Sequence record: PP582757.1 | Origin: Klebsiella phage vB_KM5a1-KLB31 | Reading direction: 5' to 3' (one strand) | Length of the DNA stretch: 64,000 nucleotides | Part shown: piece after piece, positions 1 through 10,308 of the stretch | How positions within the stretch are numbered: position 1 is the stretch's first letter | How the letters are laid out: each line of letters begins with the position of its first letter | The notes under the pieces: model-generated | The model's database searches: none | Told to the model about the DNA's origin: nothing | Seen by the model: only the letters and a program-made list of their open reading frames with translations | Made by a program: the position numbers and the translations under genes

Positions 1-912
1 TTGACTTTGTCTCTTCAAATTGCCTTAGTTCTTCTGACTGTTCGACTTATGTCTGATGCAGCTGATACCGAGAAATTTGAAGGTGGTGACCATATTGCAG
101 AAGCTAAATTCAAAATCAACAAATGGCAAGCTCATGTTCGTACTCGTAAACTGAAAAGTTCTCTGACTATTGAATTGGCCCAGGACCTTGAAGCTAACGG
201 CTTTGATGCTCCTAATTTTGTTGAAGATGTATTGGCTACTGAAATGGCCGACGAAATCAACAAAGATATTTTACAGAGCTTAGTGACCATCTCCAAGCGT
301 TATAAAGTTGAAGGCATTACCGATACCGGTTTCCTGGATTTAAGTTACCTTGCCGCGCCTGAAGCTGGTCGTTCTCTGTATCGTATGGTTTGTGAAATGG
401 TTTCACATATTCAGCGTTCAACCACTTATACTGGTACATTTGTTGTTGCGTCTACGCGAGCGGCAGCGGTACTCGCCGCATCTGGCTGGTTGAAACATAA
501 ACCTGAAGACGACCAATATCTCTCTCAGAACGCCTATGGCTTCCTGGCTAATGGTCTGCCACTGTATTGTGATACAAACACTCCACTGGACTATGTGATT
601 GTTGGCGTTAAGGAAGATTTAGGTGGGAAGGAAGTAGTTGGTTCACTGTTCTACGCTCCTTATACTGAAGGTCTGAATTTAGATGACCCTGAACATGTAG
701 GTACGTTTAAGGTTGTTGTTGACCCAGATAGTTTACAGCCTTCTGTTGCATTACTCGTTCGTTATGCATTGGCGGCAAACCCGTATACGGTTGCTAAAGA
801 TGATAAGGAAGCTCGTATTATCGATGCGGGTAATATGGACTTAATGGCGGGACGTAGTGACCTTTCTGTACTGCTTGGTGTCAAGCTTCCAGAAATCATT
901 ATTGAAGACTAA
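1..912 (+). CDS. 24: capsid vertex protein gp24 (gp23/gp24 major capsid family), 5'-truncated by window edge
   Basis: ORF runs in from the window start. First codon is TTG, so the gene is partial. Sequence is gp23/gp24-family-like. Lies directly upstream of rnlB as in T4 (23-24-rnlB-hoc-inh). Confidence 0.65.
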   Translation: MTLSLQIALVLLTVRLMSDAADTEKFEGGDHIAEAKFKINKWQAHVRTRKLKSSLTIELAQDLEANGFDAPNFVEDVLATEMADEINKDILQSLVTISKRYKVEGITDTGFLDLSYLAAPEAGRSLYRMVCEMVSHIQRSTTYTGTFVVASTRAAAVLAASGWLKHKPEDDQYLSQNAYGFLANGLPLYCDTNTPLDYVIVGVKEDLGGKEVVGSLFYAPYTEGLNLDDPEHVGTFKVVVDPDSLQPSVALLVRYALAANPYTVAKDDKEARIIDAGNMDLMAGRSDLSVLLGVKLPEIIIED

Positions 913-919
913 AAATAAA

Positions 920-944
920 GGGAACCGTAAGGTTCCCTTTTTCG
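920..944 (+). terminator. intrinsic terminator: GGGAACC-GTAA-GGTTCCC stem-loop plus T-run
   Basis: Perfect 7-bp GC stem with a tetraloop, followed by TTTTT, directly after the gp24 stop. Confidence 0.6.
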
Positions 945-946
945 TA

Positions 947-1957
947 TTAATTCGATACTAATTCAATCCATACAGGACGAATAACACCCTGTACATAAGT
1001 TACAAGTTCTTTCTTCACAACATCTGGCTGGTCGGCATCAGTAATAAAGATTTCTTCACGACCCGCTTCTTCAAGAATATCTTGAACAGTCAGACCCATC
1101 ACTTTACCGAAGTCTTTCGGGCCTACTTCACCAATCTTACTAATAACGTTGTTAACACGGTTCAGAGTGGCATAAGCCGCTAATGTAGACAGTGTAACTT
1201 TATCAATATCAGTCAGAACTACTGCGGCCTTAATAGGCTTATCTGATTTAGCCTTTTCACTGAACTTAGAGTTCTTACACTTAATAGCCACACGAGTACC
1301 ATTAGGGAAGAACTTAGGATAACAAGGCTTCAGAACATAACCTTCTGCAATATTACGTGTGCCTGGCTCGATACCAAACGTGTGTTTATTAGCCGTTTCA
1401 AGGTCAACATGCTTAATCAGAGAATTATATGAACCAACAACTACATCAAAGTCGTTAGGAAGTTGAGCCAAAACATCAAATTTACCGCGACCGAGCAATG
1501 GAGCCATTTTGAAGCCAAACGTATTACACATGGTTTCCATCATGTAATCATCTACAAACTGATTAGTGCCTTGATCGGTCTTAACCAGGATATCGAAGAC
1601 ATAGAAGTCTTTCTCACCATAATCAACACCCTTCTGAATTCCACCACCAGCAAACTCACCAAAAATCTGCATCGAAGAGCCTTCTTTAATAGTGTGCTGT
1701 ACTGCCTTGATACTGTCATTATATTTCTTCAGAATAACAGAGTAACCAAAGAAATCTTCAGCTGGTAGAATAGGACCAGTGCGCTTCGCGCATGTGACTG
1801 CGTCACGTTCAATTATGATACTAAAGTTTGTACCATGAATCTTTTCACGTGCTACCCAACCTTCAGTTACATCAAGGCCTGCACCACGAATCTTCTCAAT
1901 AAACTTACCATTGTAGTGGTTTTCAAGACTGGAATACTTTTCGAACATAATAAACAT
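947..1957 (-). CDS. rnlB: RNA ligase 2
   Basis: Near full-length similarity to T4 Rnl2 as I recall it (N-terminus [45 protein letters not shown]-terminus RPVWIELVS). Start and stop line up with T4 Rnl2. Confidence 0.9.
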   Translation of the reverse strand: MFIMFEKYSSLENHYNGKFIEKIRGAGLDVTEGWVAREKIHGTNFSIIIERDAVTCAKRTGPILPAEDFFGYSVILKKYNDSIKAVQHTIKEGSSMQIFGEFAGGGIQKGVDYGEKDFYVFDILVKTDQGTNQFVDDYMMETMCNTFGFKMAPLLGRGKFDVLAQLPNDFDVVVGSYNSLIKHVDLETANKHTFGIEPGTRNIAEGYVLKPCYPKFFPNGTRVAIKCKNSKFSEKAKSDKPIKAAVVLTDIDKVTLSTLAAYATLNRVNNVISKIGEVGPKDFGKVMGLTVQDILEEAGREEIFITDADQPDVVKKELVTYVQGVIRPVWIELVSN

Positions 1958-2056
1958 CCTATATTAATAGAAACGATCTTCTTACCCGGGCCGTTATAAA
2001 TAGCACCCAAACCATTATAACTAAATATAACACATAAAATTTAAAGCATATTTGAA

Positions 2057-2425
2057 TTAGTAAACAATTTCAACCCAATCGCCATCGCGTTGGTCATGTT
2101 TCCAATTAACTACTACGCCTTCATCCTGCATCCACTTTGTCAACTGGTCTTTATATTTCTTTGCCAGAGCAGATGGGTACCAGTTGAATTGACGTTTTCC
2201 TTTCATTGCCTGGTTTTTAAATTCCAGTTCGACTTCATCTTGTGCCTGTTTGAGCTCGCCTGTGGCGACAGACTCCGCCAAGGCACCGTAATGAGCAGCC
2301 AGAGTAGTAATACGTGTCTCTTTGTTTGAGGGCTTCAGACCGCCAATAGGATGGCCTGATTCATCCCAACCTTGGATACGACGTTCATTTTTAAATTGCT
2401 CGGATGGAAACATTGGGTCACGCAT
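2057..2425 (-). CDS. hypothetical protein (24.2/24.3 position)
   Basis: ORF packed between rnlB and hoc on the same strand. No motif recognised. Confidence 0.45.
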   Translation of the reverse strand: MRDPMFPSEQFKNERRIQGWDESGHPIGGLKPSNKETRITTLAAHYGALAESVATGELKQAQDEVELEFKNQAMKGKRQFNWYPSALAKKYKDQLTKWMQDEGVVVNWKHDQRDGDWVEIVY

Positions 2426-2636
2426 TGTAGCCTCTCATTTTCTCAACTAATTTAGTGTGATTGGTGATTAAACGTTTACGATAAACAACACGTTCACGGT
2501 TCTTTGCACGTTCCTTAGCCTTCTCAACTTTAATCCATTCCTTCATAGCTTCTTTAGCACTGATGCCGAACTGTTTAGCGATATCAATGAAGGTTACACC
2601 GTTCTCGTGCATCATATGAATCTTTAATGCTTTCAT
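2418..2636 (-). CDS. small helix-turn-helix DNA-binding protein
   Basis: 72 aa. GVTFIDIAKQFGISAKEAMKEW looks like a classic HTH. Basic C-terminal tail. Start overlaps the downstream gene stop. Confidence 0.45.
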   Translation of the reverse strand: MKALKIHMMHENGVTFIDIAKQFGISAKEAMKEWIKVEKAKERAKNRERVVYRKRLITNHTKLVEKMRGYNA

Positions 2637-2684
2637 TTGTTATCTCACTTATGAATGTAGGGACATTAAATCATCAAGTTTTAA

Positions 2685-2712
2685 AAGCAAAAAAGGACTC
2701 CCGAAGGAGTCC
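2685..2712 (-). terminator. intrinsic terminator after hoc (GGACTCCCGAAGGAGTCC plus T-run on minus strand)
   Basis: 8-bp stem around a CGAA-type loop, flanked by an A-run on plus (T-run on minus), immediately 3' of hoc. Confidence 0.55.
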
Positions 2713-2717
2713 TTTAA

Positions 2718-3539
2718 TTAGTAGATAATACCTGCATCTAAAGCAGAACGATGAACAATTCGTCCATTACGGGATTCTTGAACATCAACTTCAGGATAAT
2801 CATCAATCATTTTAGCAAGATTAGCTAAATGGCAGTAGTAAGGGGTGTCGGCTGCCGTGGCAGTTTTCCAATCCTTACCTTCGACAGTAAGTTTCTGAAT
2901 GGCATCCATAACCCACCAACCAGCCCAGATATAAGCAGAAGTTCGGTGCGGAAGAGGGTGGACATAAAGAATAGGACATTCAGCCGGGATTTCTGCTTCA
3001 GCCGACTGAACGGTTATTACAACTACATTAGATGTTTCTGATGCTGGGTCAAAACCTGCCGCAGTAGCCGATACGGTACAACTTAAATTAATAGTTCCTT
3101 CGGTAGAAGCCGTAGCAGTAATATTTGCCGTAGTTTCACCAGTAGACCAGCTATAAGTCAATGCAGCACCTGGAGCCTGACCAGTAACTGCAACAGAGGC
3201 GGTATATTCTTCGCCAACTTTAAGAGTCGTTGGCTGAGCTGTTGCAACAACAGATAAAGTCATGACATCATTAACCGTAAGGTTGGTTGTCTGAGTCTGA
3301 ACATCATCCGGCTCTGAATCAACTTTAGTGGTGGAAACAACTTTAATTACTTTAACACCTGCCGTAGCGGCTGTGTAATTAAAGGCGTCGGTTACAGAAC
3401 TCTGAACTACATTGTCAACAGACCATTCATAAGTGGTCGTTGCACCTTCAGGGGCTCCCGTTAAAGTAGTGGTAAATGCTTGAGAATCACCAACAGTAAT
3501 AGTCGGATTACTCGGTAAAAGTGTAAGAACAGTTGCCAT
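2718..3539 (-). CDS. hoc: highly immunogenic outer capsid protein Hoc (Ig-like repeats plus capsid-binding C-terminus)
   Basis: Thr/Val-rich repeated Ig-like segments (TYEWSVDN..., TYSWSTGE...) and a Trp/Cys-containing C-terminal domain. T4 synteny (hoc follows 24.x, precedes inh). Shorter than T4 Hoc (273 vs 376 aa), so it probably has fewer Ig domains. Confidence 0.65.
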   Translation of the reverse strand: MATVLTLLPSNPTITVGDSQAFTTTLTGAPEGATTTYEWSVDNVVQSSVTDAFNYTAATAGVKVIKVVSTTKVDSEPDDVQTQTTNLTVNDVMTLSVVATAQPTTLKVGEEYTASVAVTGQAPGAALTYSWSTGETTANITATASTEGTINLSCTVSATAAGFDPASETSNVVVITVQSAEAEIPAECPILYVHPLPHRTSAYIWAGWWVMDAIQKLTVEGKDWKTATAADTPYYCHLANLAKMIDDYPEVDVQESRNGRIVHRSALDAGIIY

Positions 3540-3554
3540 ATTAATTCCTTAGTA

Positions 3555-3568
3555 AAGGGCCGAAGCCC
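3555..3568 (-). terminator. GGGCCGAAGCCC tetraloop hairpin after inh
   Basis: AGGGCCGAAGCCCT stem-loop between the inh stop and the hoc start. Confidence 0.4.
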
Positions 3569-4318
3569 TTAATCCAAAATAACAAAACTAGAGTTACGTG
3601 TTTCGCGAATGCGAACTGAACCCTCACGCTTGATGTAATAAATCAAACTTAGAACTGTATCTAACCCGTAGTGATGTGGGAAACTTTTAGGTTTGGATTT
3701 CCAATCTGGGTTCTTTGTAATCCATTCGTAAATCCACCAAGGGAGAGTACAATAACCTTGACCTGGTCCGATTTTAGTTAATGACGGGCTGTAATTAGCC
3801 GGGAGTTCATATAACTCAGCTTTTTCAGATTCGATGATGGTTTGAATAGCCTGATTTAAATGCTCTTCATTAATAGGCTCGACAGGTTTTTCAATTACTT
3901 CACCTTCAGATGTTACGGTGATAGTGACATCGCCGATCGGAGCACTCGGAATAAATGGCGTACGAAGTTCGACTTCAGGAACTTTGATTTCAAGAACTTC
4001 AGGACGTTCGGTAGGACTGTCAAACAGAAGCTTGGCTTCTTCTTTTGCGCCTTCATCATCATTGATAATGAATTCTTTCTTACCTTCAAGTTCGTCATCA
4101 GCATCGATAAGGTCTGAAATAGATAGGCCTTCATTATCTTCAGGCAGAGGTTCAGACGCCAACTCTTTTAAACCGGCTTCGATATCAAGAACAAGATTTT
4201 CAAACGAACGAGTTTTCTTGACTTTGATACCAAATTGTTCGGCATACGCTACGAGCTTATCTTTAGCTTCTTTTTTATCTTCGAGTGCACGAAGGTCTTC
4301 AATATATTGGTAATCCAT
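3569..4318 (-). CDS. inh: acidic protein at the inh position (putative prohead protease inhibitor)
   Basis: Synteny with T4 hoc-inh-uvsW. Very acidic, low-complexity middle region. I cannot verify homology from memory. Confidence 0.4.
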   Translation of the reverse strand: MDYQYIEDLRALEDKKEAKDKLVAYAEQFGIKVKKTRSFENLVLDIEAGLKELASEPLPEDNEGLSISDLIDADDELEGKKEFIINDDEGAKEEAKLLFDSPTERPEVLEIKVPEVELRTPFIPSAPIGDVTITVTSEGEVIEKPVEPINEEHLNQAIQTIIESEKAELYELPANYSPSLTKIGPGQGYCTLPWWIYEWITKNPDWKSKPKSFPHHYGLDTVLSLIYYIKREGSVRIRETRNSSFVILD

Positions 4319-4336
4319 AATGTTGTCTCTTCTAGT

Positions 4337-4344
4337 GTATAAAT
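4337..4344 (+). promoter_or_regulatory. T4-type late promoter TATAAATA (for uvsW)
   Basis: Exact TATAAATA about 30 nt upstream of the uvsW ATG. A second copy in minus orientation at 4357-4364 faces inh/hoc. Confidence 0.55.
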
Positions 4345-4375
4345 ATGTATGTATTTATAACTGGGACTGACTCCA

Positions 4376-5875
4376 ATGCAAATTAATGTTCATTTTGAAA
4401 ATTTTAGTCATGTTCGTATTGAGTGTGATGAATCCACTTTTTACGAATTAAGAGACTACTTCAGTTTTGAAGCTGATGGGTACAAATTTAATCCAAAATA
4501 CAAGTACGGTCAATGGGACGGACGAATTCGTCTTTTAGACTACAATAAACTTTTACCATTTGGTCTTGTAAGCCAGATGAAGAAATTTGCATCTCAATTC
4601 GAGTATCATCTTTGGATTGACCCGAAGATTGCAGAAAAAGAAGAGATTAGCAAAGACGATTACACTAAGTGGATTGATGGCCTTGATATTTACTCAGGCA
4701 ATACTCAAATCAAGCCACATTGGTATCAATTTGACGCCGTGTTGCATGGCCTGACAAATCGTCGCTCGATTCTGAATTTACCTACATCGGCAGGTAAATC
4801 ATTAATTCAGGCACTCCTGGCACGTTATTACGTTGAGAACTATGAGGGTAAAATTTTAATCCTGGTCCCAACAACTGCTCTGGTCGATCAGATGATTAAT
4901 GACTTTGCCGATTATCGTTTATTTGGCAAACAGCATATGCTTGGTATTCGTGCTGGGACAAAGCGTGATTCTGATGCAATGATTTATGTTTCAACATACC
5001 AAACCGCAGTGAAACAACCTAAAGAATGGTTCCATCAGTTCGGCATGTTTATGAACGATGAATGCCACTTAGCGACCGGTAAATCTATTTCTACCATTAT
5101 TGAAGGGTTAACGAACTGTATGTTTAAGTTCGGTCTTTCAGGTTCTCTGAAAGATGGCAAAGCCAACCTTATGCAATACATGGGTCTGTTTGGTGATATC
5201 TTCCGTCCTGTTTCAACATCACAATTAATGGATGAAGGCGCGGTAACCGAACTGAAAATTAACTCAATCTTCCTTCGTTATCCAGATGAATTCTGCGTTA
5301 AGATGAAAGGTAAAGATTACCAGACCGAAATTAAAGTTATCACTAAAGCTGATAGACGAAATAAATGGATTGCAAATTTAGCCGTTAAATTAGCTAAGAA
5401 AGACGAGAACGTATTCTTGATGTTCAAAAATATCGAACACGGTAAAAAGCTCGTCGAACTAGTTAAAGAAGCAGGTGGCAAGCAAGTTTATTATGTGTCA
5501 GGTGAAGTGACTACTGAAGTTCGTAATGCTCTTAAAGTTATGGCCGAAAACGGTAAGGGTATTATCGTAGTAGCTTCTTATGGCGTATTCTCTACTGGTA
5601 TCAGTGTTAAGAACTTACACCATATTATTTTCGCTCATCCGGTGAAATCTAAAATTATTGTCTTGCAGACAATTGGCCGAGTTCTTCGTAAACATGATTC
5701 TAAAGATGTTGCCCAAGTATGGGACATCATTGATGATATGGGTGTTAAACCTAAATCAGCATCTGCTAAAAAGAAATATGTTCACTTGAACTACGCGTTG
5801 AAACACGCATTAGAGCGTATCCAACGATATGCTGATGAAAAATTTAACTACGTTATGAAACAGGTAGAAATCTAA
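4376..5875 (+). CDS. uvsW: UvsW DNA helicase (SF2, RecG-like)
   Basis: Strong similarity to T4 UvsW as I recall it (VHF.DFSHVRI.C.ESTF.ELRD.FSFEADGY.FNP, LNLPTSAGKS Walker A, MNDECH DEAH-like box, VASYGVFSTGISVKNLHH). 499 aa. Confidence 0.92.
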   Translation: MQINVHFENFSHVRIECDESTFYELRDYFSFEADGYKFNPKYKYGQWDGRIRLLDYNKLLPFGLVSQMKKFASQFEYHLWIDPKIAEKEEISKDDYTKWIDGLDIYSGNTQIKPHWYQFDAVLHGLTNRRSILNLPTSAGKSLIQALLARYYVENYEGKILILVPTTALVDQMINDFADYRLFGKQHMLGIRAGTKRDSDAMIYVSTYQTAVKQPKEWFHQFGMFMNDECHLATGKSISTIIEGLTNCMFKFGLSGSLKDGKANLMQYMGLFGDIFRPVSTSQLMDEGAVTELKINSIFLRYPDEFCVKMKGKDYQTEIKVITKADRRNKWIANLAVKLAKKDENVFLMFKNIEHGKKLVELVKEAGGKQVYYVSGEVTTEVRNALKVMAENGKGIIVVASYGVFSTGISVKNLHHIIFAHPVKSKIIVLQTIGRVLRKHDSKDVAQVWDIIDDMGVKPKSASAKKKYVHLNYALKHALERIQRYADEKFNYVMKQVEI

Positions 5876-6102
5876 TGAAATCATTTGCCGATATTATGTA
5901 TGAAGCCGCTATTGAAGGCTTTATGGCTAAAATCGGCTCTTGTCAGACCACGGACGGTTTGAAGGAGCTGGAAGGCTATTACAAGAAACGCTCTAAAGAA
6001 GCAGAACTGAAGGATTCTGATGACATCAGTATTCGTGATGCTTTGGAAGGGAAGAAAATTGAACTTTCGTCTATTGATGACGAGAAAGAAGAAGACTTCT
6101 GA
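5875..6102 (+). CDS. uvsW.1: UvsW.1 small acidic protein
   Basis: 75-aa ORF whose ATG overlaps the uvsW stop (ATGA), as in T4 uvsW/uvsW.1. Confidence 0.65.
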   Translation: MKSFADIMYEAAIEGFMAKIGSCQTTDGLKELEGYYKKRSKEAELKDSDDISIRDALEGKKIELSSIDDEKEEDF

Positions 6103-6158
6103 TACAAAAAAGCCCCAACCGTAAGGAAGGGGCAAAAACCAACAAGTTGGCTATCACA

Positions 6159-6326
6159 CTAGATTAGTAATTGAGTTTCATTAAGCTGCTCTTCGGTATT
6201 TTCCGTAACTGGCAAGCTTTGGGCATAATTATAACATGGACCTGGATGGCAAGGGCCTTTGTCTGAATGAACAACCAATACAGAGTCGATTGGAGTTTTA
6301 CAGACAACACAAATCTGTTCTGACAT
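6159..6326 (-). CDS. small Cys-rich protein at the uvsY.-2 position; unlisted 55-aa ORF
   Basis: Hand translation of the minus strand gives MSEQICVVCKTPIDSVLVVHSDKGPCHPGPCYNYAQSLPVTENTEEQLNETQLLI. Strong SD (CTAAGGAGACAATC ATG). Contains CxxC and CHPGPC. Below the 60-aa cut-off of the track. Confidence 0.55.
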   Translation of the reverse strand: MSEQICVVCKTPIDSVLVVHSDKGPCHPGPCYNYAQSLPVTENTEEQLNETQLLI

Positions 6327-6358
6327 GATTGTCTCCTTAGTTTCTTTTACAAATTTAT

Positions 6359-6790
6359 TTATACATCACCTGCTTCGAACTTGCGAATTTCATGCATAGT
6401 TTTAAGATTAAAACCACGTGCCTTGATTGCATCAAGAGCAGAACTAGCAAAGTCTTGCAACAGTTGCCAATATTGAATGCTTGTATCAATCTTTAACAGA
6501 CTTGAATCAGCAGCCAATACGGTTTTCATTTCGGACCTTTCATATTGGTCCATACACACTTCTTCGCCTGGCTCACCACGACCAGTATAGAAATCCAATG
6601 CCTTTTTACCAGCAGTCTTTTTCTGAATTTCCAACCTCATGATTTCCTTCTTACAGTTACTATAAAGGCGAAGCCACTTGCTGTGCAGCAAGACGTTGTT
6701 CTGTACTTCCCACTGCAATTTAGTACTGTCAATCTTTAAATCACCATCCAATTCATCTTGGAAAGCTTCTAACTTAAACTCTACTGCCAT
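6359..6790 (-). CDS. uvsY: UvsY recombination mediator
   Basis: Similarity to T4 UvsY as I recall it (IDSTKLQ, NNV.L.SKWL, MKTVL.AD, LQYW.LL.DF.S.ALDAIK.RGF). 143 aa. Confidence 0.85.
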   Translation of the reverse strand: MAVEFKLEAFQDELDGDLKIDSTKLQWEVQNNVLLHSKWLRLYSNCKKEIMRLEIQKKTAGKKALDFYTGRGEPGEEVCMDQYERSEMKTVLAADSSLLKIDTSIQYWQLLQDFASSALDAIKARGFNLKTMHEIRKFEAGDV

Positions 6791-6848
6791 AATGTTTTCC
6801 TGTTAAACAACCCATAGACCCATTATAACATCACATTCCAGGGAGCAA

Positions 6849-7238
6849 TTAGGCTGATGCCGACAACTGAACTCTGATTTGCTCTAAAGTATCTGGGTCA
6901 TCGACAATACTGAACTGAACTGTGACTATGACGGTGTTATCATCATAGATTGGAGTTACTTGGACCGTTAGACGTGAAATACGTGGTTCGAAGTTCCGCA
7001 CAGCGGAAACAATATTTCTTTGAATTGTATCAGCAATTAATGGTGACATGTTTTCGAATAACTGGTCACTGATATCGCATCCAAAATCAGGCATAAAAGG
7101 GCGTGAACCCTTACGTGTGGTTATAATACCTAAAAGACTGTTTTTTACTGCTCGAGCACCAACAACCTTAGCAACGTCATGCTTCCAGTCTTGAGACATT
7201 TCGGGGCTTAAATCCGAATACATCAAATTGATATTCAT
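6849..7238 (-). CDS. 25: baseplate wedge protein gp25
   Basis: Near-identical blocks to T4 gp25 as I recall it (KNSLLGIITTRKGSRPF.P.FGCD.SDQLFENM.PL.ADT..RNI.SAVRN.EPRI). 129 aa. Confidence 0.9.
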   Translation of the reverse strand: MNINLMYSDLSPEMSQDWKHDVAKVVGARAVKNSLLGIITTRKGSRPFMPDFGCDISDQLFENMSPLIADTIQRNIVSAVRNFEPRISRLTVQVTPIYDDNTVIVTVQFSIVDDPDTLEQIRVQLSASA

Positions 7239-7867
7239 TATAACACCTTAAAGAACTCTTTAAGTCCCTTGATAACATGGACATGAGATTCGCCACACTC
7301 ACAAGAGATAGGCACTGCCAACTGTATTTGAGGGCGTGTTAACATCAAAGATATACGTTCGATGTCTTCAGTTGTTATGGCCGCATAAAGGTCATCGATT
7401 TCAGCGTCTGAAAGATCGTCTACTGAAAGGGTGGTTCCGTCCGGGATAACAATGTATTCAATACATTCTGCTACCATTTGTGCTTTGTTCTTATCTTGGA
7501 ATAAGCCTGGGTAACGGAATTTTACTTTGAATTCTTTAAATGAGTACAGAAGCTCTTCTGTTGAATCTACACTCGCATGCATAAGGTTAATTGGGATAGG
7601 AATTTCTTTCCCACAGGCGCATTCCCAGGTACGTTCTACGTTAACTTCGCCTATAGAGTTAGCCCAAAGATTAACTAACAGAAGTTCACCTTCATGACGA
7701 GTCAAATCTTTTGCATCGGTACATTTTTTAATCAATGAAAGAATCTCATCTTCCATACGACCTTCTAATTTAGCTTGTAAAAGGTCTTTGTATTCTCTTA
7801 GTGTGAACGCTCTGCACTGGATATCTGTTTTGCCGATGCGAGCAATAAATTTATATTCATTAGGCAT
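7238..7867 (-). CDS. 26: baseplate hub subunit gp26
   Basis: 209 aa. Sits between 25 and the divergent gene 51 exactly as in T4. Stop overlaps the gp25 start. Confidence 0.75.
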   Translation of the reverse strand: MPNEYKFIARIGKTDIQCRAFTLREYKDLLQAKLEGRMEDEILSLIKKCTDAKDLTRHEGELLLVNLWANSIGEVNVERTWECACGKEIPIPINLMHASVDSTEELLYSFKEFKVKFRYPGLFQDKNKAQMVAECIEYIVIPDGTTLSVDDLSDAEIDDLYAAITTEDIERISLMLTRPQIQLAVPISCECGESHVHVIKGLKEFFKVL

Positions 7868-7887
7868 AATTAGCTCCTCTTATATGA

Positions 7888-7901
7888 CTATTTATAAATA
7901 C
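7888..7901. promoter_or_regulatory. bidirectional late promoter: palindromic TATTTATAAATA gives TATAAATA on both strands (genes 51 and 26)
   Basis: 12-bp perfect palindrome centred between the divergent gene 26 and gene 51 starts. Both genes are late baseplate genes. Confidence 0.5.
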
Positions 7902-7917
7902 ACGAAAGGAGATACTC

Positions 7918-8667
7918 ATGGCTAATATTATTCGTTGTAAAATGCCGGACGGTGTCCATCGTTTCAAGCCGTTTACAGTCGCAGACTATAGAGATTTTCT
8001 TTTGGTTCGAAATGATATGGGCAATAAGTCCGAAGAAGAACAAATCATTCTTTTAGATGAAATGCTTGAAGATTATTTCGGAGATTATCCGAAATCTTGG
8101 CGTCCATACATGTTCGTCCAGGTTTATTCCGGTTCGATAGGTAAAACAAAAATACCTGTTATGTATGAATGCAGCACTTGTGGTAAAAACAAACAGTTTT
8201 TATTTAACATGGCTCAAGATGAACTTAAAGCTCCTTCAATAGAAGTGGCAGGCCTTAAAATAGAATTTAACTTCCCGGATGAAATACTAGAAGACAAATC
8301 TGAAATGATTCTTTCTACCATAAAGTCGGTTGAAGATTCTAATGCAAAATACAGTTGGGCTTCATTATCCGAAGAAGAACAAGTCGCAGTAATTGATGCC
8401 ATTGATTTAGAATCCTTTGAGTCTCTTATGAAGCAGATGGCTCCAATTCGATTCGATATAAAGTTTGGATGTTGTCAGAAACGTCATATTGTTTACGAAC
8501 GTTTCATCGACATTTTCAGATTATTACTGAACCCTGATGAAGTTTTTTCCTTCTATCAAGTAAACCATTTGCTGGTCAAAAATCATTACAATTTAGAAAG
8601 TATTATGCAAATGATTCCTATTGAACGCAGTATTGCACTCTCACTAGTTGAAAAGGACCTTAAATGA
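7918..8667 (+). CDS. 51: baseplate hub assembly catalyst gp51
   Basis: 249 aa, same size as T4 gp51. Position 26/51/27. CxxC..CxxC-like Cys pairs. Confidence 0.75.
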   Translation: MANIIRCKMPDGVHRFKPFTVADYRDFLLVRNDMGNKSEEEQIILLDEMLEDYFGDYPKSWRPYMFVQVYSGSIGKTKIPVMYECSTCGKNKQFLFNMAQDELKAPSIEVAGLKIEFNFPDEILEDKSEMILSTIKSVEDSNAKYSWASLSEEEQVAVIDAIDLESFESLMKQMAPIRFDIKFGCCQKRHIVYERFIDIFRLLLNPDEVFSFYQVNHLLVKNHYNLESIMQMIPIERSIALSLVEKDLK

Positions 8668-9851
8668 GTAAGACTATTCAACGTGAAGGTTATCCTAATA
8701 TAAGCATCAAACTTTATCAAGACTATGATGCTTGGCTTGAACACCGATTTGTCGAGTTGGCTGCAACCTTTACTACATTAACAATGCGTGATGGCCTTTA
8801 CGGTCGCAATGAAGGCCTTCTTCAGTTTTATGATGCAAAGAACCTTCACACTAAAATGGATGGCGAACAGATTATTCAAATATCCGTAGGTAACGCTAAT
8901 ACTCAGCGTACTCAAACCAGGATATATGGATGCAAACACTTTTCAGTGAGTGTTGACTCTAAAGGTGATAACATAATCACAATCCAATTGGCAACCATTC
9001 ATTCATTAGAAGATTTGAAGTTTAGTCGGATGTTCTTCCCTAGTGTTCAAGAAACACTGACAGAAATGATTGGTGTGATTTATCAAGACAGACCTTTGAT
9101 AGCTCCTCCTATAAATGGAATAAACGTTTATGTTCCTAACGTTCCATGGTGTGACAATATAAACCAATACATGAGCTTTGTTCGTGATATGGGTCTCGCC
9201 GTTGATTCAGACAAATTCGTATTTGTCTGGGAAGATATCGACGGGATTGAAATCATGGATTACGAAATGATGATAGCCCAAGAGCCTATTAATTTCGTCG
9301 TCGGTGAACCACGACTCATTGGTCAATATGTTCAGGACCTTGAAACTCCTATTGCTTTTGATTTTGAATGGCTTGTAAAAGCTAACCAACATTCACGTAA
9401 GCCGTATGAGAACGCTACTGTGTATGCACATAGTTTTCTTGATAAAAGTGCTACACGAGTTACATTTGGTGAAGGACAAAACAGTATTCTGGTTTCTCGC
9501 TCCGGTGCTTATTCTGAAGCAACATATCGAAATGGTTTTGAAGAGGCCCAACGATTAATTACTATGACACAATATGATGGGTATGCTCATTGTAAGACGT
9601 TTGGTAATTTTGAATTGACTCCTGGCGATAAGATTAACTTCTATGACCCTAAGAACCAATTCCAGTACGATTTTTACGTAGATGAAGTTATTCACGAGAT
9701 GAGTAACAACACGTCTATAACGAACTTATACATGTTTACAAACGGCAAGGCAATTAAAGTCGAAGAGCCGCCTAAGGTTAAAAATGAACTTAAAACTTAT
9801 TCTCCCGATCAAGAAAATAACGATGAAGGGGAAGACGGTCAGTCTTCCTAA
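8664..9851 (+). CDS. 27: baseplate hub subunit gp27
   Basis: 395 aa against T4 gp27 at 391 aa. ATG overlaps the gp51 stop. Followed by 28 and 29 as in T4. Confidence 0.85.
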   Translation: MSKTIQREGYPNISIKLYQDYDAWLEHRFVELAATFTTLTMRDGLYGRNEGLLQFYDAKNLHTKMDGEQIIQISVGNANTQRTQTRIYGCKHFSVSVDSKGDNIITIQLATIHSLEDLKFSRMFFPSVQETLTEMIGVIYQDRPLIAPPINGINVYVPNVPWCDNINQYMSFVRDMGLAVDSDKFVFVWEDIDGIEIMDYEMMIAQEPINFVVGEPRLIGQYVQDLETPIAFDFEWLVKANQHSRKPYENATVYAHSFLDKSATRVTFGEGQNSILVSRSGAYSEATYRNGFEEAQRLITMTQYDGYAHCKTFGNFELTPGDKINFYDPKNQFQYDFYVDEVIHEMSNNTSITNLYMFTNGKAIKVEEPPKVKNELKTYSPDQENNDEGEDGQSS

Positions 9852-10308
9852 GCTTGGTCTTAAACACCACAATATGGTAAAAGATGAGAAGAACCCCTTA
9901 GTGGCTCTTAAAACTATAATGAATTCGATTCATCCTGGATTGAATGCAGCCGAAACCGACTTCATTAGTTTGCATCTTTTAGAATTCAATAACAAATTAA
10001 AAAGTGAAGTCACTAAAGATGGGTTCACTTATAAATTAGACGATGTTTATATTTGCCAAAGGCTTGAGTTCCAATTTGGTGGTAAAGAATACAAGTTTCG
10101 TTCACATGAGCCATTTGAACAATTTGGTCCTGTTGATGACGTACTGAAAACTCTTTATCTTGGTGATGATATACCAGATTTTCTGGATATGCCGGCCTTT
10201 GTTTCTAAATGGGCCGACGACATAACTAGCACAGTAGCTATTCCAGGTCCTAATGGTCCTATTAAAGGAATGCTCCAGATTATGGACCTATTAAATGAAG
10301 AAAAATAA
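9784..10308 (+). CDS. 28: baseplate hub distal subunit gp28
   Basis: 174 aa, about the size of T4 gp28. Overlaps the gp27 3' end by 68 nt. An alternative start at 9823 (MKGKTV) is possible. Stop overlaps the gene 29 start. Confidence 0.7.
   Translation: MNLKLILPIKKITMKGKTVSLPKLGLKHHNMVKDEKNPLVALKTIMNSIHPGLNAAETDFISLHLLEFNNKLKSEVTKDGFTYKLDDVYICQRLEFQFGGKEYKFRSHEPFEQFGPVDDVLKTLYLGDDIPDFLDMPAFVSKWADDITSTVAIPGPNGPIKGMLQIMDLLNEEK

Noticed and set aside
1-912. Treating ORF 1 as a complete gene starting at position 1
   Set aside because: The first codon is TTG, rendered as M by the track. The ORF simply runs in from outside the window (partial gp24).
6103-6135. Strong bidirectional terminator between uvsW.1 and the uvsY.-2-like ORF
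   Set aside because: Only a 5-bp GCCCC/GGGGC stem with a 12-nt loop. Plausible but weak, so not listed as a feature.
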